Part shown: positions 19,172-29,379 of the stretch, piece after piece
Layout of the letters: each line of letters starts with the position of its first letter
Numbering within the stretch: position 1 is the first letter of the stretch
Virus record (IMG/VR): IMGVR_UViG_3300032240_001991
Location: 1-64,000 of that record
DNA: 64,000 nt
Reading direction: 5' to 3' (one strand)
Program-made: the position numbers and the translations under genes
Notes under the pieces: model-generated
What the model saw: only the letters and a program-made list of their open reading frames with translations
Told to the model about the DNA's origin: nothing
The model's database searches: none

Positions 19172-19605
19172 CACTAAAATTTGCACAAGGTACCTATAGA
19201 TTAAAAAATCCAGAGAAATATATTGGATTAGGATCCCCTACTTATAGAAGTAGTTGGGAATTTCAGGTAATGAAAATGTGCGACGAAAATATTGCAATTA
19301 AAGAATGGGCTAGTGAGAGTGTAAAAATTCCATATCGAGATCCGTTAACTGGAAAACAGACAGTTTATGTCCCAGATTTTTTAGTGGTATTTGTAGATAA
19401 AAATAACAAAAAACGTGCTGAGTTATGGGAAGTAAAACCAATTAGCCAAACATTGAGAGAACATGTTGGTAAAAATAAGTACAATCAAGCACAGTTTGTA
19501 AAGAATCAAGTCAAGTGGGCTACTGCAAGAAATTGGTGTAAACAAAACGGTGTGCATTTTAGAATTATTACTGAAAAAGAATTATTCCATACAGGTAAAA
19601 AATAA
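19168..19605 (+). CDS. gp4: Head completion nuclease, T4 gp4-like (TnsA-type PD-(D/E)xK)
   Basis: KNPEKY.G....YRSSWE, WASE...IPY, YVPDF, EVKP and FRIITEKEL. Confidence 0.85.
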   Translation: MTLKFAQGTYRLKNPEKYIGLGSPTYRSSWEFQVMKMCDENIAIKEWASESVKIPYRDPLTGKQTVYVPDFLVVFVDKNNKKRAELWEVKPISQTLREHVGKNKYNQAQFVKNQVKWATARNWCKQNGVHFRIITEKELFHTGKK

Positions 19606-20078
19606 TGACTAGAAAATTAGAAGAAATACTTAACATTGATTCTAAAGAAGAAACAGTAACTCCGGTTGTAGAAGAAGCATCTCCTCCTGCAACGATAGAC
19701 TTAGAAGCTAGATTAGAAGAGTTTGATAAAATTTCAGCAGCTCTTCCTAGAGTTAAAGGATTAGGAGATATTAGTGATGCAGAGTTAGATGCGTTAGGCG
19801 CCAAAGCAGAAAAAGCCTACGACGATTTAATGGATCTTGGCATGAATGTAGAGGCACGATACGGTGCTCGTATGTTTGAAGTAGCCGCTAATATGATGAA
19901 TGCTGCTATACAAGCTAAAAGTGCTAAGATTGACAAGAAGCTTAAGATGATTGATCTGCAAATTAAAAAACTAGCTCTCGATAAAAAGCACGGAACTGAA
20001 ACAGAAGAGATTGCTGGCGAGGGTTATATTATGACAGATCGCAATAGCATCTTAGAAAAACTAAAGAATTTGAAATAA
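19605..20078 (+). CDS. Helical hypothetical protein (possible terminase small subunit)
   Basis: All-alpha/coiled-coil 157 aa in the packaging region; function inferred only. Confidence 0.35.
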   Translation: MTRKLEEILNIDSKEETVTPVVEEASPPATIDLEARLEEFDKISAALPRVKGLGDISDAELDALGAKAEKAYDDLMDLGMNVEARYGARMFEVAANMMNAAIQAKSAKIDKKLKMIDLQIKKLALDKKHGTETEEIAGEGYIMTDRNSILEKLKNLK

Positions 20079-20100
20079 ATAAAGCATAGGGAACTATACT

Positions 20101-20694
20101 ATGACAAAGAATTTTAAAGAATATCTTGCAGAAAGTTGCAAAAAATGGGACTTCCGTATCAAAGTTGCGGGCGAATTTAATGAAGAAAAAGTTAAAACAA
20201 TGGAAGCTTTACTTAATAAATTCCAAGTTTCTAAATTTAAGAAAGTAGGTACTACTCCAATTCAGTCGTTACCTTTAGACTTTCCTAAGATTAGATTTGC
20301 TGAAGTTACAATTTTTGAAGCTGTAGTTGATTATCCAACTACTCAAATGGAATTGCAGGAATATCTTTGCACAAGTTTAGGCATTACAAAAGATGCATTA
20401 GTTGTTCGTCGTCCAGGAGAGCCATCTGAATCTTATCAAGAACCGCATGAGCCTCACGAAGGTGCATTATTAACTGATAGTGAATACAAAGAAGTTAAGA
20501 ATGCTAAGTTTGACGAGTACTACGGGGACAAGTATAACGAAAGTTTTCTTAAAGAATTAAACGATGTTCTTAAACTCCAGCGTAAAGCTCGAGGAGAAGA
20601 AATTCCTTCAGAAACTAAGGTTCACTTTAATACCGATGACAAGCCTAATAATAAAAGTCCTGTAGAACAGGCTGCAGATCCAAGAAAAAAGTAA
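20101..20694 (+). CDS. Putative virion-internal protein
   Basis: N-terminus MTKNFKEYLAE resembles the T4 capsid-targeting sequence; ATAAATA late promoter ~20075. Confidence 0.55.
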   Translation: MTKNFKEYLAESCKKWDFRIKVAGEFNEEKVKTMEALLNKFQVSKFKKVGTTPIQSLPLDFPKIRFAEVTIFEAVVDYPTTQMELQEYLCTSLGITKDALVVRRPGEPSESYQEPHEPHEGALLTDSEYKEVKNAKFDEYYGDKYNESFLKELNDVLKLQRKARGEEIPSETKVHFNTDDKPNNKSPVEQAADPRKK

Positions 20695-20696
20695 TC

Positions 20697-21365
20697 ATGA
20701 AAAAAACAACATCAAAGATAAAAAAAGAAGCAACAGTGACCTTTACAAAAAACGGTAAAGACATGACCCGTCCGGGCGGCGAACTTGATGTTGAATCTGA
20801 TCCTTTTACAACTAACGAACAAAACAAGAGAGAAAATACCATGGAAAATTTAGACACTAACGCATTGAAATACCTAGCAGGGGTTACAAAAACTATTACA
20901 GAATGCGGAATTCCAATGGCAGGTTCTCATTCTCCCGCAAGCATTAATATTACAGCTAGCAATGGACCAGAACTAACTGGCATGCTTAAGGATCTTATGG
21001 GTTTAGCAGGTATTCATAAATCAGCTGATCCTACAGCAGTGCTAACAACTACTCCAGGTCCAACTATGGCCGCAGCAGATACGGCAGAACCTAGAGAAAT
21101 GCCTTCTATGCAAGATTTAATTAAGAAGGTAACCGGCGGTGAACCAAATCCAGAAATGGTACAAGATAGTATGAACGATAATCGTGTTTATGATAATAGT
21201 CCAGATGAACAAGGTAAAGCAGATAGCAACTGGCCAATTGACGGTGATCGAGATAACAACTTGGTAGCAAACAAAGACATGGTAGTTGATAGAAATAAAG
21301 TAACTGCTGAGAGTTTATTTGCTGCGTACCAAGAATTTATTGCCGAAAATAAAAAAAAAGTTTAA
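20697..21365 (+). CDS. Putative prohead core/internal protein
   Basis: Acidic low-complexity 222 aa with LKYLAG, LMGLAG and ITE motifs; ends at an A9 tract. Confidence 0.5.
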   Translation: MKKTTSKIKKEATVTFTKNGKDMTRPGGELDVESDPFTTNEQNKRENTMENLDTNALKYLAGVTKTITECGIPMAGSHSPASINITASNGPELTGMLKDLMGLAGIHKSADPTAVLTTTPGPTMAAADTAEPREMPSMQDLIKKVTGGEPNPEMVQDSMNDNRVYDNSPDEQGKADSNWPIDGDRDNNLVANKDMVVDRNKVTAESLFAAYQEFIAENKKKV

Positions 21366-21964
21366 TTGAACATATAAACATTCGATTAAAAAATATTTTA
21401 AAAAAATACGGCGAAACACTTGGTGATACAACAACACTATCAATTCCTGTAACTGGAATCAATATACATGGGCAGCCTGTTACGGGTCTGTCATTAGTAC
21501 TAACAAAAGATGATGAGGATGATTTAGAATATTCAGGGGCCGGGTTAAATATATCGTACGACACTAATCTGCCTGAAAATGAAGCATTAGAACTTGTTCA
21601 AGCCATATACGAAGACGGCGCACTCCCTGCAGAAATAAAAAGATTTTTGATTATTTGCGGATTTAGTAAAAGGTCTATAGACTCATGCTTTACGAGTGAA
21701 TCTGGAATGCAAGACATTGGATATGCACATTACGATGCTGAGTCTTTAGAAAAAGAAATTGCTGATTTATTAATTGCCAATAACAAAAAAACTGAAGGCA
21801 TAGACATTTTTGGTGACGAGGACGATGTTGATGACACTGACGAACTTGCGCCAGACGAAACTTTAAAACTTTATAGATGTCCTACTTGCAAACGCCCTAA
21901 TTCTATAACAAGAAAAGATTTGCGGTACGGCATGAGTTGCGACGATTGCGAAACAGATATGTAA
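21353..21964 (+). CDS. Open frame without an ATG start; probable frameshift extension of 20697..21365
   Basis: Frame 2 is open from 21353 (KKSLIEHINIRL...) to TAA 21962-64; C-terminal CPTC/CDDC zinc ribbon. Confidence 0.55.
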   Translation, partial: KKSLIEHINIRLKNILKKYGETLGDTTTLSIPVTGINIHGQPVTGLSLVLTKDDEDDLEYSGAGLNISYDTNLPENEALELVQAIYEDGALPAEIKRFLIICGFSKRSIDSCFTSESGMQDIGYAHYDAESLEKEIADLLIANNKKTEGIDIFGDEDDVDDTDELAPDETLKLYRCPTCKRPNSITRKDLRYGMSCDDCETDM

Positions 21965-22006
21965 ATAAATTACCAAATAGCTGCATTTCTTTGATTAAAT
22001 ATAGGT

Positions 22007-23596
22007 ATGGCTAGTAAAAATCTTGACGGCGCCCTTGTTAAAAAGGCTCATACTAAACAACGATGGACTGAAAAAAATATTCAAGATCTGATGTTATGTC
22101 AAGATCCTGAAAACGGTCCAGAGTATTTTCTTAATAATTTCTTCTTTATTCAACATCCTACCCAAGGTAAGATACAATATAAAGCATACGAATATCAAAA
22201 AGAATTACTAGACAGCTATAATCTTCATCGTTTTAGTGTAAACATGCTAGGACGACAGATGGGTAAGACAACTACTGCGGTAGGCTTCTTACTATGGTAC
22301 GCTATGTTTATGGACAATAGCACTATTTTAATTGCCGCACACAAATATACAGGTGCACAAGAAATTATGCAACGTTTGCGATATGCATACGAAATGTGTC
22401 CTGATTTTATTCGAGCAGGTGTTACAAGTTATAATAAACAAAGTATTGAATTTGAAAACGGCAGTCGAATTGTAGCGCAAACGACTACTGAAACAACAGG
22501 ACGCGGTATGTCTGTTTCGTTATTATACTGCGACGAGTTTGCCTACGTTGAACCTAATATTGCTGTTGAATTTTGGACTTCAATTAGTCCTACGCTAGCA
22601 ACAGGTGGTAAAGCAATTATTACTTCTACTCCTAATAGCGACGAAGATCAGTTTGCTCAAATTTGGAATGAAGCTAATAAGAGATTTGACGAATACGGCA
22701 ATGAACAAACTCTAGGTCGAAACGGATTTTATCCTTATAAAGCAGTATGGAGTCAGCATCCTGATAGAGACGAAGTATGGGCTAATACAGAACGCAGTCG
22801 TGTAGGAGACGAGAGATTCCGCCGTGAGCACGAATGTGAATTCTTAGTATTTGATGAAACCTTAATTAATAGTATTAGTTTGTTAGATTTAGAAGGGCGA
22901 GATCCAATAATGAAAATGGGACAAGCTCGTTGGTACAAGAAAATTAATCCTGCAAGCACTTATATTTTTAGTCTAGACCCTAGTTTAGGCACAGGGGGAG
23001 ACTATGCTGCTATTGAAGTAATAGAAGTTCCTAGCATGGAGCAGGTAGCAGAATGGCATCATAACACCACTCCAATACAGTCACAGGTAAGAATACTAAA
23101 GGACATGATTAAGCATGTTGATGATCAGTGCACAGCAATGGGTGTAACTAGTAGCATTTACTATTCTGTAGAAAATAACTCAGTTGGTGAAAGCGCACTA
23201 GTATCTATCAACGAATTAGGTGAAGAAAGTTTTCCTGGGTTGTTTCTTAGCGAACCTATTAAAAAAGGGCACGTTAGACGTTTTCGTAGAGGATTCAACA
23301 CTACGCATTCTGCTAAAATTTCAGCATGTGCTAAATTAAAACAATTAATTGAAACAAAGCAGATTACTATTAATAGTAAAACTTTAATAAGTGAACTTAA
23401 AAGTTTCGTAGCAGCAGGAATAACATTTAAAGCTAAGTCTGGGCAGCACGACGACTTGGTATCTAGCTTATTACTATCTATACGTATGATAATGCTTTTG
23501 CAAGACTGGGATCCTTCTATATACGAAAAGATGAGAGACCATACCGGATTAGAAGAACACGACCTACCAATGCCCATTTATATTAGTACATTCTAG
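22007..23596 (+). CDS. gp17: Terminase large subunit
   Basis: LGRQMGKTT Walker A, LLYCDEFA Walker B, TSTPN, SLDPSLGTGGDY and HDDLV nuclease motifs. Confidence 0.95.
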   Translation: MASKNLDGALVKKAHTKQRWTEKNIQDLMLCQDPENGPEYFLNNFFFIQHPTQGKIQYKAYEYQKELLDSYNLHRFSVNMLGRQMGKTTTAVGFLLWYAMFMDNSTILIAAHKYTGAQEIMQRLRYAYEMCPDFIRAGVTSYNKQSIEFENGSRIVAQTTTETTGRGMSVSLLYCDEFAYVEPNIAVEFWTSISPTLATGGKAIITSTPNSDEDQFAQIWNEANKRFDEYGNEQTLGRNGFYPYKAVWSQHPDRDEVWANTERSRVGDERFRREHECEFLVFDETLINSISLLDLEGRDPIMKMGQARWYKKINPASTYIFSLDPSLGTGGDYAAIEVIEVPSMEQVAEWHHNTTPIQSQVRILKDMIKHVDDQCTAMGVTSSIYYSVENNSVGESALVSINELGEESFPGLFLSEPIKKGHVRRFRRGFNTTHSAKISACAKLKQLIETKQITINSKTLISELKSFVAAGITFKAKSGQHDDLVSSLLLSIRMIMLLQDWDPSIYEKMRDHTGLEEHDLPMPIYISTF

Positions 23597-23604
23597 TATA
23601 AATA
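23597..23604 (+). promoter_or_regulatory. T4-type late promoter TATAAATA
   Basis: Exact T4 late consensus 7 nt before ATG 23612. TAAATA also precedes starts at 11669, 13524, 16921, 17612, 20101, 22007, 33906, 37201, 38703 and 51102. Confidence 0.7.
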
Positions 23605-23611
23605 CAGTACT

Positions 23612-25306
23612 ATGGACGCTATTGAACTTATTTCTCAGGACCTTTTTGATAAAGTACGCAGTCGTTTTACCAACCTAGAAATGGGCGACGAAAACGGAAA
23701 CGTAACATCAGATCCAAGGCAAGCACGTTTCTTTGATTTTAATTTTACTATGGAAGGAACCGATCTTGGTCGGGTTAGTATTAGTATTAACGAAAGAGGT
23801 GCTCTTAAGCTTTATTACGGAAAAGGAATTTTAGAAGGACACGAACCGGGGACACAAAAAATCTGGTTTAGTTTCTTAAAAGAAATGCGCATGTTTGCCA
23901 AACGCAGACTATTAAGATTTGATACTAGAGATATTACTAAATCAAACTTAAACAAAGAAGATTTTCAATTTTTAGCGTCAACCGGAAGTAAGGAAGATAA
24001 TATGTCAGAAAGCAAAATGTTTGGTAGTAGTAAAACTAGTCACCGCATATTAGAAAAAACACGTTTAATTATTCGCCATAGCAGTCCTGTAGAAGAAGGA
24101 CAACGTCATCGTAATATACATGCAATTTATGTAGAAAATGCTGACGGAGAACGTTTTAAATATCCGTTTATACATTTAACAGGTGCAAAAGCCATGCAGC
24201 GTCATGTGGCTAATGGCGGTAGACCTCACGATGTACACGGCCTAGCTATTGTTAAAATGAGCGAAGAAATTGCTCAACTTTCTGCTTTCAAGAGACATGT
24301 TGGTCACAATCATGATACTATGCAAAATGAAGCTAACGAAATTATGGAACGTGCATGTTCTAAACTTGAAAGCTTAAAACATATGATGGAAAGAGTCTGC
24401 GGACAACGTGGATACGAAGAATGGAAAGGTGCTAACGATACCTTTGAAAACAATGATGTAGTAATGGACGAAGCCACGTTAGAAAGTTACAAAGATAAAT
24501 TTACAGTTAGAAATTTTAAAGAAGATCTAGCACAATACTTCCCGCTAATACATAAAATTATGCAGGAAACAAGTGAAGTAGACCTCGAAGAATACGTAGG
24601 TGAAACTAAAGAAGAAACCTGCAATGAATGTGGAATGCTTGAAAGCAGTTGCGAATGCGACCACGAAGAAAAAGATGTTAAAGAATTTGCAGAATTTGAA
24701 AGTTGGGTCAGTAAAATAATAGAAAATCGTTTACCCGACGACGTACTTGATAAACTCAAAGACCTACTAAGTCAAGACACAAAAGCTGGATTAGATGGAA
24801 CAAATGCTGTTCAATCTTTAAAAGGCATTGGTATTGACGACAGTGAACTTGAAGACATGATCGATAAAGCCGGGCCAGAAGGCGACCTTAAAACCATCGT
24901 TAACATCTGGTTGAATAATAAAGGTGATAAAGAATCAATTAAGTATCTAGGTCTACAATCAACACAAAGTGCTCCTGCACCAACACCGCCTCCGCAGGAA
25001 CAACCTCCTGCAGGTGCTGAGCCGGGAACAAATCCTCCGTCTCCAGTTGAAGAAAAAGAAGATACCGAGGAAAATAAAAATCCTAGCTTAAAAGATATTG
25101 CAGAAATGGTAAAAAGTTTTTATGATAGAGAAACTGGTAAATTCCCACTAGGAGAAACTGGCGTTGTAACTAAAATTAGAAAAGAGCTAGGCGAATGGGC
25201 TGGAGACTTAGCAGAAAAATTAGTAAACAAGCTATCCAAAAAAGATGAACCATTGCATACCGAATCAATCGAAAGACTCAAATTTTTATCTGGTTTGAAA
25301 AAATAA
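23612..25306 (+). CDS. Large hypothetical protein (late)
   Basis: 564-aa ORF after a late promoter; acidic and Pro-rich linkers; C-terminal ERLKFLSGL. Confidence 0.65.
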   Translation: MDAIELISQDLFDKVRSRFTNLEMGDENGNVTSDPRQARFFDFNFTMEGTDLGRVSISINERGALKLYYGKGILEGHEPGTQKIWFSFLKEMRMFAKRRLLRFDTRDITKSNLNKEDFQFLASTGSKEDNMSESKMFGSSKTSHRILEKTRLIIRHSSPVEEGQRHRNIHAIYVENADGERFKYPFIHLTGAKAMQRHVANGGRPHDVHGLAIVKMSEEIAQLSAFKRHVGHNHDTMQNEANEIMERACSKLESLKHMMERVCGQRGYEEWKGANDTFENNDVVMDEATLESYKDKFTVRNFKEDLAQYFPLIHKIMQETSEVDLEEYVGETKEETCNECGMLESSCECDHEEKDVKEFAEFESWVSKIIENRLPDDVLDKLKDLLSQDTKAGLDGTNAVQSLKGIGIDDSELEDMIDKAGPEGDLKTIVNIWLNNKGDKESIKYLGLQSTQSAPAPTPPPQEQPPAGAEPGTNPPSPVEEKEDTEENKNPSLKDIAEMVKSFYDRETGKFPLGETGVVTKIRKELGEWAGDLAEKLVNKLSKKDEPLHTESIERLKFLSGLKK

Positions 25307-25318
25307 TTTAAAAAGGTC

Positions 25319-25353
25319 TTGCAAATATAAATAAAAGTGCGTATAGTAACTCA
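25319..25353 (+). promoter_or_regulatory. Overlapping sigma70-like (TTGCAA-17-TATAGT) and late (TATAAATA 25326-33) promoters of gp32
   Basis: Sequence cTTGCAAatataaataaaagtgcgTATAGT. Confidence 0.6.
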
Positions 25354-25426
25354 TACGCACTTTTTCTTTTTAGTCAGTTGGCTAAGAAGAAGTGGCAAAC
25401 TAAAGGCAACATTAAGGAGAAATATT

Positions 25427-26416
25427 ATGGCAACTTTAGCAGAAATTCGAGCAAAACTTCAGGCTTCTAGTCAGCAAGGCGCTGGCAACTCAACTGGCGG
25501 TGATAACGCAATTTATCCTCACTGGAATATTCCAGAAAACAGCACCGCCACTGTACGATTCCTTCCAGACGGCGATCCAAATAACACTTTCTTTTGGGTT
25601 GAACGTGCAATGATCAAATTGCCCTTCGCTGGTGTTAAGGGTGAGACATCTAGCAAGCCAGTAACTGTGCAGGTTCCTTGCATGGAAATGTGGGGTGAAA
25701 CTTGTCCAGTCCTTACAGAGGTACGTCCTTGGTTTAAGGATAAGAGCCTTGAAGATATGGGACGCAAGTATTGGAAGAAGAAGAGTTATTTGTTCCAAGG
25801 GTTTGTTGTTGAAAGCAAACTTCAGGAAGATGGTAAGGTTCCGGAAAATCCGGTTCGTCGATTTATTATTGGTAGTCAGATCTTCAACATTATCAAGAGT
25901 GCAATTATGGATCCAGAAATGGAAGAATTGCCAACTGATTATGTTCGCGGCGTTGATTTTAAGATCTCTAAGACGGCCAAAGGGCAGTATGCCGATTACA
26001 GCACTTCTAATTGGGCGCGGCGTGAACGTGCATTGAGTGATAGCGAACAGGCTGCTATTAAGCAGCATGGTTTGTTTACTCTCAAGGACTTCCTACCTAA
26101 GAAGCCAACTGAAGTTGAGCTTAAGGTCATTAAGGAGATGTTTGAAGCATCTGTTGATGGAGAAGCATTTGACATGGAACGCTGGGGTCAGTATTACAAG
26201 CCGTCCGGCTATGGTAATAGTGTAAACTTTGCTAGCGATGCACAACCTGTTAAGGCTACCGCAGCTAAGGCAGTGTCTGAAGACGAGGATCCTCCTTTTG
26301 AGGCGGATACCAAACCAACTGCAACCGCTGCTCCGTCACCAGCTCCAGTTGCTGATGGCGCAAGCTCACGTGCTCAGGATATCTTGGCAGCAATTCGCAA
26401 TCGTAAACAACAGTAA
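25427..26416 (+). CDS. gp32: Single-stranded DNA-binding protein
   Basis: ATVRFLPDGD, CMEMWGETCPV, RKYWKK, GVDFKISK and YADYSTS; acidic tail; start placed at MATLAEIR. Confidence 0.9.
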   Translation: MATLAEIRAKLQASSQQGAGNSTGGDNAIYPHWNIPENSTATVRFLPDGDPNNTFFWVERAMIKLPFAGVKGETSSKPVTVQVPCMEMWGETCPVLTEVRPWFKDKSLEDMGRKYWKKKSYLFQGFVVESKLQEDGKVPENPVRRFIIGSQIFNIIKSAIMDPEMEELPTDYVRGVDFKISKTAKGQYADYSTSNWARRERALSDSEQAAIKQHGLFTLKDFLPKKPTEVELKVIKEMFEASVDGEAFDMERWGQYYKPSGYGNSVNFASDAQPVKATAAKAVSEDEDPPFEADTKPTATAAPSPAPVADGASSRAQDILAAIRNRKQQ

Positions 26417-26430
26417 TTTAGGAGAAGTCA

Positions 26431-27489
26431 ATGGCAAAAACATTTGATATCTCTAAATTTCGAAAGAGTATTACGAAGTCTATTGACGGCCTTGGGATTG
26501 GATTTAACGATCCCACAGACTGGGTTTCAACTGGTAATTACGCTTTAAACTATCTAATCTCAGGGGACTTCTTTCGAGGAGTCCCTTTGGGTAAGGTAAC
26601 TGTATTTGCAGGTGAATCAGGTGCCGGCAAGAGTTATATCTGTGCTGGCAATATTGTAAGGCATGCTCAGGAACAAGGTATTTTTGTTATCTTAGTTGAT
26701 ACAGAAAATGCGTTGGATGAAGCATGGTTGCATGCACTTGGCGTAGATACATCAGAAGAAAAACTACTTAAACTTAATATGGCAATGATTGACGATGTAG
26801 CTAAAACTATCTCGGAATTCATGAAAGAATATAAGAGCATGCCTGCGGAAGATCGTCCTAAGGTTATGTTTGTTATTGACAGTTTAGGTATGTTGTTGAC
26901 ACCAACTGACGTAAATCAGTTTGAAGCAGGAGAAATGAAGGGAGACATGGGCCGTAAGCCTAAGGCCTTAACATCTCTTGTTCGTAATTGTGTAAATATG
27001 TTTGGTTCGTATAATGTAGGTATGGTATGCACCAATCATACTTATGCTAGCCAAGACATGTTTGACCCAGATGATAAGATTTCCGGTGGGCAAGGGTTTA
27101 TCTATGCATCTAGTATTGTAGTTGCTATGAAAAAACTTAAGCTCAAAGAAGATGAAGATGGAAACAAGGTCAGTGATGTATTAGGTATTCGCAGTGCCTG
27201 TAAGATTATGAAGACTAGGTATGCTAAGCCTTTTGAAACTGTGCAGGTTAAGATTCCATATTCAACCGGAATGAGTCCTACGTCCGGTCTAGTTGACATG
27301 TTTGAGAAAATGAATGTATTATCCAAGGTAGGCAACAAGTTAGCCTATACAGATAAAGAAACAGGTGAAATTATTGCTGAGTTCCGTAAAAACTGGACTG
27401 AAGATAAGTTAACGCTTATCATGAAACAGTGGGATGAAAGCAGTGTAAATCCTGTAGTAGATTCTGAAAATTCAACTGAGGAAGAATAA
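26431..27489 (+). CDS. uvsX: RecA-like recombinase
   Basis: AGESGAGKS Walker A, VIDSLG, TNHTY and SGGQG..YASS. Confidence 0.95.
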   Translation: MAKTFDISKFRKSITKSIDGLGIGFNDPTDWVSTGNYALNYLISGDFFRGVPLGKVTVFAGESGAGKSYICAGNIVRHAQEQGIFVILVDTENALDEAWLHALGVDTSEEKLLKLNMAMIDDVAKTISEFMKEYKSMPAEDRPKVMFVIDSLGMLLTPTDVNQFEAGEMKGDMGRKPKALTSLVRNCVNMFGSYNVGMVCTNHTYASQDMFDPDDKISGGQGFIYASSIVVAMKKLKLKEDEDGNKVSDVLGIRSACKIMKTRYAKPFETVQVKIPYSTGMSPTSGLVDMFEKMNVLSKVGNKLAYTDKETGEIIAEFRKNWTEDKLTLIMKQWDESSVNPVVDSENSTEEE

Positions 27490-27731
27490 TGGACGAGAGT
27501 TTAATTGTTGAAATTTGGGATACCTTTAAGCAATATATTCCTGAAAAGAACCGTAACAACGCTGCTGAACAGTATGTTGACTGGCTTCTAGGTAAGGAGT
27601 TTACGTCGGAAGACCTTGAAGGTTACTTAGGATATGATCCTCATCTAGACGATGCTATTTCTGCCATTCTTGAAGGCGGGGAGTATGAAGAGGACGAGGA
27701 ATACGATCAGGAAGATGGCGAGGACTATTAA
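27489..27731 (+). CDS. Small acidic hypothetical protein
   Basis: Translationally coupled between uvsX and uvsY. Confidence 0.6.
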   Translation: MDESLIVEIWDTFKQYIPEKNRNNAAEQYVDWLLGKEFTSEDLEGYLGYDPHLDDAISAILEGGEYEEDEEYDQEDGEDY

Positions 27732-28189
27732 TGTCTTTGTGGTATTCCAAGGTGAGCAAGGATATTGCTCACCTTCCTGATTGTATTGAACATTTCTACA
27801 AAGAGATAGAAATTGCCAGACGAGAAGTCAGAATACACGGCAACGTTGAAAAAGCAGCTTCTTCACTACCAGGTATTGTTGAGCAAAGATTTAATCAGCT
27901 TCAAGAAATTGAAGCTATTTTAGAATATCTTAACATTGAATTAAGACGAGTAAGAAGTAAAACCTTTAAAAAGTTTTTAGAGAATTATCAAAGAGCCCTT
28001 AGTTCTCGAGATGTTGAAAAATATGTAGACGGTGAGGCTGATGTAGTTGATATGGAAAAAATTATCAACGAATTTGCTCTTTTGAGAAATCAATGGTTGG
28101 GTATCATTAAGGCCATCGATCAGAAGCAATGGCAAATTACTAATATTGTTAAATTAAGAGCCGCTGGCCTAGAGGATGTAACAGTATAA
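27731..28189 (+). CDS. uvsY: Recombination mediator UvsY-like
   Basis: ALSSRDVEKYVDGEADVV...GIIKAID.K.WQITNIVKLR. Confidence 0.75.
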   Translation: MSLWYSKVSKDIAHLPDCIEHFYKEIEIARREVRIHGNVEKAASSLPGIVEQRFNQLQEIEAILEYLNIELRRVRSKTFKKFLENYQRALSSRDVEKYVDGEADVVDMEKIINEFALLRNQWLGIIKAIDQKQWQITNIVKLRAAGLEDVTV

Positions 28190-29379
28190 TGCACATTGAA
28201 GACTTAATTGAACGTCTAGCAGGATCAGGTAATTTTATATTTACTACTCCAATTCCGTTGTCGTCGTTTGATGATAAAATCATTCACAGCTTTTCTCATC
28301 AAATTATGACGGGTAATGCCTTTACTAAAAAGCAAAGAGAACTTGCTTTAAAATTAGTAAACAAATATAAAAAATCTTTAAAACAAGAACTATCAATAGA
28401 TATTGAAAGTATCTTAAAAGCACCTTCTTTCAGAATGCCTGAAAGGACTATTTCAAGTGCAAAACAAATTTCAATTAACCTTGATTCGCAGGGAATTAAA
28501 ACAATCTTTGTAAAATTTCCTTATGATAATGCGTTAGTTGAAATGATAAAAGATTTCAGAAAGCGGTCAATTAACATTGAACGAAGTTTAATTGCATGGA
28601 ATTCTGAACAGAGAGTTTGGGAATTTGGATTGAGCGAAGGGAATATCTTATTCCTCTCGTCTTTTTTAGATCACGGATTTGTTGCCGATGAACAATTTAT
28701 TGAATTCTTAAATGAAATTAAAATCATTGTAGGTAACATTGAAGGATACGTTCCGATGTTAGTTCGTACAGGAGATCAATTTACTTTTGTAAATCTGCCA
28801 TCAAATGTACATAACGAGACGTATTCTAATCTAACAGAAGCACTACTAAGTGCACGGCGACGAGGAGTATCGTGCTGGGATGACCAAGTTAATTCAGTAT
28901 TGAAATCCCAATATAAAGAATCAGTTATTAACTTCTTTGAAAATAAATCAGAAGAACAGCGTAATAATTCTCTTGCTGATTTTCAAGAAATAATCAAGTA
29001 TTCAAAAAACGTTTTGTTTGTTATACCTGGAGGGCATGAACTTAAGATACTTCGGCCAGTTCACCAACTTTTAAAAACTATTCAAAATGACTTTGATAAT
29101 ATTTCAGTTTTGTTTAGACTTGACAGTGGTTTAGGAACCGTGTTTAATGACTATGTTAAAGAGAATTCACTTAATCAGCCGTTGACTAATGATACAAAAT
29201 ATATCTTTGTTAGTGGTAAGTTACCTAAAACTATTGTAGAGTCAAACAAATACTTTGATCTTGTATTTCAGTTTGGGTTAAATTCTGCGCATTACGGTCT
29301 AAAGAAATTTGTAAAATTACATCAAAACGTAATTGTTATAGATTCTGTAGGAGAAACACAGGAGTTTAAATTTGGCTAA
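28189..29379 (+). CDS. Hypothetical protein
   Basis: 396-aa ORF coupled to neighbours. Confidence 0.65.
   Translation: MHIEDLIERLAGSGNFIFTTPIPLSSFDDKIIHSFSHQIMTGNAFTKKQRELALKLVNKYKKSLKQELSIDIESILKAPSFRMPERTISSAKQISINLDSQGIKTIFVKFPYDNALVEMIKDFRKRSINIERSLIAWNSEQRVWEFGLSEGNILFLSSFLDHGFVADEQFIEFLNEIKIIVGNIEGYVPMLVRTGDQFTFVNLPSNVHNETYSNLTEALLSARRRGVSCWDDQVNSVLKSQYKESVINFFENKSEEQRNNSLADFQEIIKYSKNVLFVIPGGHELKILRPVHQLLKTIQNDFDNISVLFRLDSGLGTVFNDYVKENSLNQPLTNDTKYIFVSGKLPKTIVESNKYFDLVFQFGLNSAHYGLKKFVKLHQNVIVIDSVGETQEFKFG

Noticed and set aside
25490-26225. Several overlapping alternative-frame ORFs inside gp32
   Set aside because: Fully nested in a confidently assigned gene, with no recognisable motifs
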